Positions 58,537-64,000 of a stretch of DNA of 64,000 bases are shown in pieces (the first letter of the stretch is position 1; every line of letters begins with the position of its first letter). The notes beneath the pieces were generated by a model that worked only from the letters and a program-made list of their open reading frames with translations, did not search any database and was not told the DNA's origin. Location of the stretch: assembly GCA_044222185.1 (NCBI GenBank), contig JBGANV010000006.1:256001-320000 (forward strand). The letters are read 5' to 3'. Both the position numbers and the translations under genes were made by a program. The stretch comes from Planctomycetota bacterium. GTDB lineage: Bacteria; Planctomycetota; GCA-002687715; CAIWVZ01.

Positions 58537-58854
58537 TCACGACGTCGGGCGTGGCCCGCGCGCAGGTGGTCTCTGCGGGCCCGACCCCCGCTGCACGGTG
58601 AGCCACTCCTCCGGGTAGGGCTCATACGCCAACGGCTCGTCGGTCGTGTACTCCTCCCGCTCGAGCAATCGGTTGTAGATGGTCATGGCTTCGAAGTGGC
58701 TGCCTGCTTCGAACGTCGTCACGAGACGCGCACCCGGCTCGACGGCCAGGAGCTTCCGGAAGCCGTCTCCCATGGGTCCCGCCAAGCAACAGCCAGGCAG
58801 CTCGCGCCCGTTCTCGTCGACGTGCACCCAAACCTCGTGCGTCAGCTTCGCCAC
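58537..58854 (-). CDS. Small hypothetical protein
   Basis: HEVW, CCLAGPMGD..R, TFEAGSHFEAM.IY...REEY...YPEEW; protein-like composition. Confidence 0.65.
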   Translation of the reverse strand: MAKLTHEVWVHVDENGRELPGCCLAGPMGDGFRKLLAVEPGARLVTTFEAGSHFEAMTIYNRLLEREEYTTDEPLAYEPYPEEWLTVQRGSGPQRPPARGPRPTS

Positions 58855-58926
58855 GGAGCCAGCCTCGTCTGCCTGCGGTTTCGGCCACTGCGAGGTCCTC
58901 GGAACCCCGCTTCGCCGCGAACTCTA

Positions 58927-58976
58927 CGGTGAACCCGGCCGGATTCGAACTCACGACGTGGGGTTCAGGAAACCCC
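58927..58976 (-). mobile_element. tRNA 3'-half fragment, probable att-site scar of an integrative element
   Basis: Minus strand: GGGGT-TTCCTGA-ACCCC / ACGTC / GTGAG-TTCGAAT-CCGGC / CGGGTTC-A-CCG with canonical tRNA spacing, but no D-arm or 5' acceptor strand and a mismatched T-stem. Confidence 0.65.
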
Positions 58977-59237
58977 ACCCCGCGCGGAGGCGGTCGGTCA
59001 GGAGCGGCCGTCGACCACTTCCACCCGTCGCGCCCGCGCGCTCCTGTCCGCTTACGGCTGCGTCCGACCGGGCGCTTGACATGCAAACGAGGGAAAACCC
59101 ATCCATCCTTCGCGGCAAATCGCGCCGGTAACGGTCGCGAGTCGGACCCGCGACGCGACTCGGTCGCCCCGCCGAACTGTGCGCTTGACCAGGGCTTCAT
59201 TCCTATTCCTCGCGGGCACGCGACGTATCCTGTGGCC

Positions 59238-59477
59238 ATGTCAGGTCTGCGAGCCCGCGTCAAGAACGGACGCCTCATCCTGGACGTCCCAACGGATCTC
59301 CCAGAGGACACCGTAATCGATCTCGTCGTCGACGATGACGAAGACGATGACCCCGCGCCGGACGAGATTGCAGCGCGCGACGAATCGCTTCGGATCGGCC
59401 TCGCGGAGGCGCGAGCTGGGAACCACCGTCCAGTCGAAGAACTTCTGGACGTCCTACGGCGTCGACGCCGCGAATGA
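59238..59477 (+). CDS. Type II antitoxin-like protein (AF2212/DUF104-like N-terminus)
   Basis: LRARVKNGRLILD.PTDLPE.T.IDL, acidic linker, GLAEARAG..RPVEELL; ATGA overlap with the toxin; TATCCT 6 nt before the ATG. Confidence 0.75.
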   Translation: MSGLRARVKNGRLILDVPTDLPEDTVIDLVVDDDEDDDPAPDEIAARDESLRIGLAEARAGNHRPVEELLDVLRRRRRE

Positions 59478-59793
59478 ACATTCGCGCCACGCCCCATGCC
59501 GTGCGCGAAGTCACAGAGATCGACGCATGGTGGCGAACACACAGAACCGCTGCGCCGGATCTCTTCGCGGACGAGTTCGCCCACGCACTTTCCTGATCTC
59601 GAGCCTCCCCACGGTAGGTCGCCCGGTTCGTCGTCCTGGCGCGCGCGGGATTCGTTCAGCATTGCTGCGTTCGACTCGGTACAGGGTCTACTACCTCGTC
59701 GGCGCGGAATCGGTCGTGAGCATCTCGGTTTGGAGCGCTGTTCGCGGGGCTGGTCCTGATCTTTGCTCTTTGCTGAAGTCGTCCCCGCCCTGA
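59474..59793 (+). pseudogene. Frameshifted RelE/ParE family toxin
   Basis: MNIRATPHAVREVTEIDAWWRTHRTAAPDLFADEFAHAL then stop at 59594-59596; continues in the -1 frame as FLISSLPTVGR...RYRVYYLV...SVWSAVRGAGP. Confidence 0.8.
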
Positions 59794-60089
59794 TCATTCC
59801 GCACTCTGGGCTTCATCGACCGCCGCAGCGTGTTCGTCGTTGCTCACGGCCTCCCCGAGGAAGACACGGTCCCTCGCGGTGACGACGGCCGTGCCCTCCT
59901 TTCGGGAGCGATCGCTACGTTGCAGCCATCCGTCGCATCCGCGGCGCGCCGAGACCTCGGAGGGAAGGCGCAGCGGCTTGTGACAGGCAGCATCGACGAA
60001 CCCCGTCTGTTCCTTCGATGTCGCTTTCGGCGCGATCGGCGGTTGCCCCACGTGTGGCACTCTGCACGGGTACACAGCACCGACGGAGA

Positions 60090-60596
60090 TCAGTCGACGA
60101 TGGAGCAATCATTGAGTGCGAGCCATTCCCTCTTTCCTTCGCTCCAGAGCCGAGAACTCCCTTTCTCAAATCTCGCGCGTACCTCGATCCGTTGCCCGTT
60201 CTTTCTGCCTCGGTATTGTTCGTCGGTCGACGGCTCCCAATAGCAGGCCAGCGAATTATTCCACCCCGATCCATCGGGTAGCGTCACAACGACGACCAGG
60301 GAAAACTGCCTGATGCTATTCTCGATCCAGTCGATGGTTCCTTTGCATCGAAGAAGCGTGCGGTGAGCCGCAATGTCGTCAAGACTCACCCCCGCCCTGA
60401 GGAGTTCCTCCAGAGTGGGCAGGTCATCCGCCGCCTTATTGGGAGTGCGAGCAAGCACGCCACCCACGTTCTCCGCATGAGGCGACGCATCGATTTCCTT
60501 TGAGCACGCGCAGGCCCCGATTCCAAGCGCAGCAAGAATAAGCAGAAACACTGCCCACTGATTTCGTTTGGCGACGCAGCGCTTCACCGGCAACAT
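60090..60596 (-). CDS. Putative lipoprotein or exported protein, atypical composition
   Basis: Hydrophobic segment with ALGIGAC; visibly AT-richer DNA. Start uncertain (60596, 60638 or 60701). Confidence 0.5.
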   Translation of the reverse strand: MLPVKRCVAKRNQWAVFLLILAALGIGACACSKEIDASPHAENVGGVLARTPNKAADDLPTLEELLRAGVSLDDIAAHRTLLRCKGTIDWIENSIRQFSLVVVVTLPDGSGWNNSLACYWEPSTDEQYRGRKNGQRIEVRARFEKGSSRLWSEGKREWLALNDCSIVD

Positions 60597-61034
60597 CGGA
60601 GTGCGCTTGCATAGCTCGATGTTCTGCACAATGGGCATCGGATCTCCCGTCTGTCGTCCCCACGTAATGATGTCACGCCGAACGGCCATGCTGGCGACCA
60701 TCGCCTCGGGTCGCGGTCATGGCCTTGCACGGCTCGGTTTTCATGAAGATGACGTTGAGAGGCGACTCCTCGATAGGGGCCGCCGCCAGCGACGACCCTA
60801 CCCGGACGGCTCCCCTCGCGCCGTCGAATCCGGCGACTCCGTTCTCGGGATCCGCATCCCGCGCCGTTCTCCGTTCCGACTCGCCGTCGCGATTCTTGGG
60901 AGGTCCGTGAACGAGAGCCGGCACGACGCGATCGTCGGTCCCGCGCGAGTGGAGCGGCGTTCTACGGCAGATGCTCGCTACGAGCGGCCGTAGCCGCCCG
61001 CGTTCCCCGCGTTTGCATGTCGCGCGGGCGCCCC

Positions 61035-61362
61035 TCATCGAGTGTCTCGGTGCGGCGCCAGGTCCTCGAACACGAGTCGGGGATGCCGGGCGATGAGGCG
61101 GAGCCGGGCACGCGCGGGCCCATCTGGGTTCCGACGATCCTGTTCCCAATTCTGCAGCGAGTCGACGCTGATGCCGATGCGTTCAGCGAGTTCCTCCTGG
61201 GTCAGGTTCAGGAAGCGCCGAAGAGCCACGAGGTTGCCGGCCTCGAAGGTTCCGGCCGTGAGGCGCTTGCGCTGTGCGCGGGGGATCATCCGCGCGAAGT
61301 CGGCTTCCGTGAGTTCTGGGATTTCGTCACGCCCCAATCTGCTCCCGCGATCGCGTCGGCAT
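61035..61362 (-). CDS. XRE/HigA-like HTH antitoxin, 5' end probably frameshifted or starting at TTG 61337
   Basis: DEIPELTEADFAR, LVALRRFLNLTQEELAERIGISVDSLQNWEQDRRNPDGPARARL. Confidence 0.75.
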
Positions 61363-61430
61363 ACCGGCGGCGCTCGACTTGGCTCGCGAACCGCGCACTG
61401 ATGATCCCGGTCTTGTTGCATTCATCGCCG
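61327..61430 (-). pseudogene. C-terminal remnant of a BrnT-like toxin
   Basis: IISARFASQVERRRY matches the BrnT C-terminal RIISARxAxxxERxxY motif and overlaps the antitoxin ATG; upstream part unrecognisable. Confidence 0.55.
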
Positions 61431-61619
61431 CGAGCCATCGAGGCCCTCTGTGGAAACACGGTTGGTTGATCCACCGGCACGTCGGGCGTCCCGCCAGTTC
61501 CCCGGCTCCATCCCCGGCGGAGTTGCAGAGTCCGCGAGGGATGTCGACACGACTGGGACGGCGGGCCTGCGATCTACCGACGCGCACCGCTGACCCGCGG
61601 GGGCACGTCCCGATGCCGC

Positions 61620-62924
61620 TCACCCGAACTTCGTGCGACCTGGCACCGGAACAGGCGGACGGGGACGGCCCTCGGCGCCATAGTTGCCGTCGAACAGCTC
61701 CTCTTTCGAGTTCAGCGCCTGCTCCCACGTCACGGTCTGGCCGGTGTAGGCCGCCATGCGCGCCTGGATCGCGGCGAGCGTGCTCTTCACCATCCACTCG
61801 CCGTCGTTGTGCGCCGAGCCGTCGCGGATCGACTTGAACAAGACGTCGTGCTCGACCTGGTACATGTCGCCGCCGTCGCCGCTCCACTTCCACGCCTGCG
61901 GCCCCGTGATCTCGCGGCGGTTCGCGAACCCATGGATGAAGCACGAGCCCTTCTCGCCGAGGATCGTGTCCGTGTTGTCGTGTGAGCAGTTCTCGATCTG
62001 GCGGCACATGTGGAAGCCGCGCGCTCCCGACTTGAACTCCCACGTCACGCCGAAGTGATCGAAGATGTTCCCGCGCTCTTCGCCCTCGCGGGCCGCGCGC
62101 CCGCCGACGGCAACGCAGCTCGTGGGCGTCTCGCCGTTCATCGCCCACATCATCTTGTCGATGCTGTGCACGGCCTGCTCGACGATGTGATCGCCGCCGA
62201 GGTAGGTGAAGTGGTACCAGTTGCGGAGCTGGAATTCGGCCTCGCTCCACTGGGGCTTGCGCTTGAATCCGTGCACCGGGCCCGTGTTGTAGACCGTGTA
62301 GATCGCGCGCAGCGCGCCGATGGCTCCATCGTGGACGCGCTTCATCGTCTCCTTCTCGGGCGGGCTGTATCGCCAGCAGAATCCGCAGACGAGCGAGAGC
62401 TTCTTCTCCTGGGCCTTCTTCGCGCTCTCGATCACCGAACGTACGCCCGGCCCGTCGACGGCCATGGGCTTCTCGCAGAAGACGTGCTTGCCCGCGTCGA
62501 CGGCGGCGCGGAGGTGCCGGGGGCGGAAGCCGGGCGGCGTCGCCAGGAGGACGACGTCCACGCCGCTCTCGAGCAGCTTCAGATAACCATCGGTCCCCGT
62601 GAACTGCCGCTCGGGGGGAACCTGCACGCGATCACCAGCCTCCGCCGTGATGTTCGTGACCGCCGCGTCGAGCTTGTCCTTGAACGCGTCGGCCATCGCC
62701 CAGAGGACGACGCCCGGGTCCGCGGCGAGCGCCTGAGTCGCCGCGCCGCTCCCGCGCCCTCCGCACCCGATCAGCCCGACTTTCAACGTGTCCGACCCGC
62801 CGCCGTGGAACCCGAACGGCGCCGGGCGTGAACCGAGCACGAGCGGCGTCGCGGCGAGCATGGCCGAGTGTTTCAGGAACGTCCGTCGGTCCACGGCGGA
62901 GGGCGCATTCTTCGGATCGGACAT
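61620..62924 (-). CDS. Tat-exported Gfo/Idh/MocA family oxidoreductase
   Basis: DRRTFLK twin-arginine motif; GLIGCGGRGSGAA, ATPPGFRP.H, GKHVFCEKP, RNWY, GDHIVEQAVHSID. Confidence 0.93.
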   Translation of the reverse strand: MSDPKNAPSAVDRRTFLKHSAMLAATPLVLGSRPAPFGFHGGGSDTLKVGLIGCGGRGSGAATQALAADPGVVLWAMADAFKDKLDAAVTNITAEAGDRVQVPPERQFTGTDGYLKLLESGVDVVLLATPPGFRPRHLRAAVDAGKHVFCEKPMAVDGPGVRSVIESAKKAQEKKLSLVCGFCWRYSPPEKETMKRVHDGAIGALRAIYTVYNTGPVHGFKRKPQWSEAEFQLRNWYHFTYLGGDHIVEQAVHSIDKMMWAMNGETPTSCVAVGGRAAREGEERGNIFDHFGVTWEFKSGARGFHMCRQIENCSHDNTDTILGEKGSCFIHGFANRREITGPQAWKWSGDGGDMYQVEHDVLFKSIRDGSAHNDGEWMVKSTLAAIQARMAAYTGQTVTWEQALNSKEELFDGNYGAEGRPRPPVPVPGRTKFG

Positions 62925-62960
62925 GGCTTCATCCTTTCGGGCCCGAGGCGTCGGGGCGGA

Positions 62961-63806
62961 TCATTGGATCGGGACGGCGCACGCGATGCGGAAGCTCACG
63001 AATGCGCCATCGGAGAGCCACCACGGGCTCTTGGGGATCTGGGGATCGGTCTTGTTCCAGGCCTTCGTCTGCACCTTGCGCGCCGTGCACGTCAGGTCGG
63101 GCGCGATGTCCGAGTACGCGCCGCCGCGAACGGCCGCCGTCCCATCGGGCGCCAGACACCACTCGGCCGCGTTGCCGTGCATGTCGAAGAACCCCCAGGC
63201 GTTCGGCTTCTTCTGCGCGACGGCGTGCGTCTTGTCGTCGGAGTTCCCGACGTGCCAGGCGTAGTCGTCCATGGATTCGTTCCCGAAGCTGAACTTGGCC
63301 TTCGTTCCCGCGCGGCATGCCATTTCCCACTCGGCCTCGGTGGGCAAGCGGAAGGACTTCTGCGTGCGGGCCGACAGCCACTCACAGAACGTCTTCGCGC
63401 TCTTCAGCGTGATGCAGATGGCGGGGTACCCGGCGTGACCCCAACCGTGATCGGGCGGAATGTAGGGCTTGCTCGGCCGCGAGATCGCATCCAGTTCCTT
63501 TTCGCCGGCGCGGACGTCGTAGGCGAACACGAACACGTCGTAAACGTCCCACACGGTTTCCGTCGAGGCGAGGTAGACCTGCTCCGTCGCGTCGGCGGCC
63601 GCGGGGATGGGAATCATCCGGATCTTCTCGGTGCAGCCGGGGACGGATTGCTCGAACGGTTCGGCGGTCTTGCGAGTCGTGGCCTTGTCACCCGCGGGTC
63701 GACTGGCCGGCGCCTCTTGCTGGGTGCAAACTGTCTCGTGCAGGAGTCGCGCGGGGACGAGTGCGGAGATGCAGACAGCAAGAACGACGCGGGTGCTTGG
63801 ACTCAT
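62961..63806 (-). CDS. SUMF1/FGE-sulfatase fold protein lacking the catalytic Cys pair
   Basis: TETVW, YPAICIT, FRLPTEAEWE.ACRAG, KKPNAWG..DMHGN.AEW, RGG, FVSFR; N-terminal hydrophobic segment. Confidence 0.88.
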   Translation of the reverse strand: MSPSTRVVLAVCISALVPARLLHETVCTQQEAPASRPAGDKATTRKTAEPFEQSVPGCTEKIRMIPIPAAADATEQVYLASTETVWDVYDVFVFAYDVRAGEKELDAISRPSKPYIPPDHGWGHAGYPAICITLKSAKTFCEWLSARTQKSFRLPTEAEWEMACRAGTKAKFSFGNESMDDYAWHVGNSDDKTHAVAQKKPNAWGFFDMHGNAAEWCLAPDGTAAVRGGAYSDIAPDLTCTARKVQTKAWNKTDPQIPKSPWWLSDGAFVSFRIACAVPIQ

Positions 63807-64000
63807 CGTGATGGCAATCGGCTGGCTCGGCTTCGGCGGGTGCACCGCAGGGTCGATCGGGCTGGAGCGGCACGAGTATAGTCGCCTGCTGATGGGCGTT
63901 CAGTGTCGCGTCGTGCTTTTTGCCGCAGATGAGGAAACCGCGCGCCAGGCTGCCAGGACGGCGTTCGCGCGGGTCGAGCAACTCGATGGCATCATGTCCG
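63769..64000 (+). CDS. apbE: FAD:protein FMN transferase (ApbE), lipoprotein, 3' end beyond window edge
   Basis: Manual translation MQTARTTRVLGLIVMAIGWLGFGGC...RHEYSRLLMGVQCRVVLFAADEETARQAARTAFARVEQLDGIMS matches the ApbE N-terminal pattern. Confidence 0.75.
   Translation, partial: MQTARTTRVLGLIVMAIGWLGFGGCTAGSIGLERHEYSRLLMGVQCRVVLFAADEETARQAARTAFARVEQLDGIMS

Noticed and set aside
58927-59010. Functional tRNA-Arg(CCT)
   Set aside because: No D-arm or 5' acceptor strand, mismatched T-stem, and the end reads CCG rather than CCA.
59594-59596. Selenocysteine or readthrough at the toxin TGA
   Set aside because: Homology continues in a different frame, so it is a frameshift rather than recoding of the stop.
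62961-63806. Active formylglycine-generating enzyme or DGR target
   Set aside because: The catalytic Cys pair is missing, and there is no reverse transcriptase or template repeat in the window.
1-64000. CRISPR array, cas genes, rRNA, intact tRNA, transposase or integrase
   Set aside because: No regularly spaced direct repeats or diagnostic motifs found by eye; the only tRNA-like element is a partial fragment.

Overview
High-GC bacterial chromosome segment, probably Planctomycetota (inferred from gene content, not measured). It holds about 58 genes or gene remnants, with no rRNA, no intact tRNA and no CRISPR array. Main blocks: (1) 1-16 kb, a glycoside-catabolism-type neighbourhood (ThuA, tandem DUF1080, two sugar-phosphate isomerase/epimerase TIM barrels, two Gfo/Idh/MocA oxidoreductases, NupG-like MFS, DASS transporter) interleaved with secreted proteins. 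(2) Up to seven exported or membrane proteins that appear by eye to share a ~100-130 aa beta-rich domain, often C-terminal, a candidate surface-sorting or assembly domain. (3) Housekeeping genes (ispH, MurC-like ligase, YaaA-like, RluA, YgiQ radical SAM, korAB, rhomboid, YycJ-like) and a TetR-ABC-HlyD efflux operon with a visible operator palindrome. (4) Two unusual fusions, Cys-cluster (YkgJ-like) plus pseudouridine synthase, and MlaF plus MlaE. (5) A minus-strand run of pilT, a PATAN/DUF4388-fused degenerate PilT, an Mre11-like nuclease with GFHD for GNHD, a membrane-anchored Rad50/YhaN-like ATPase and two paralogous small basic coiled-coil proteins, with a divergent pilZ. (6) An orphan immunity-gene patch bordered by REP-like hairpins. 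(7) A decayed island at ~57.2-61.6 kb with a chimeric tRNA 3' fragment and two TA modules whose toxins are broken. (8) A Tat-Gfo/Idh/MocA, FGE-fold and ApbE triad with a candidate non-canonical flavinylation motif. All family calls come from motif recognition by eye; no database search was run.
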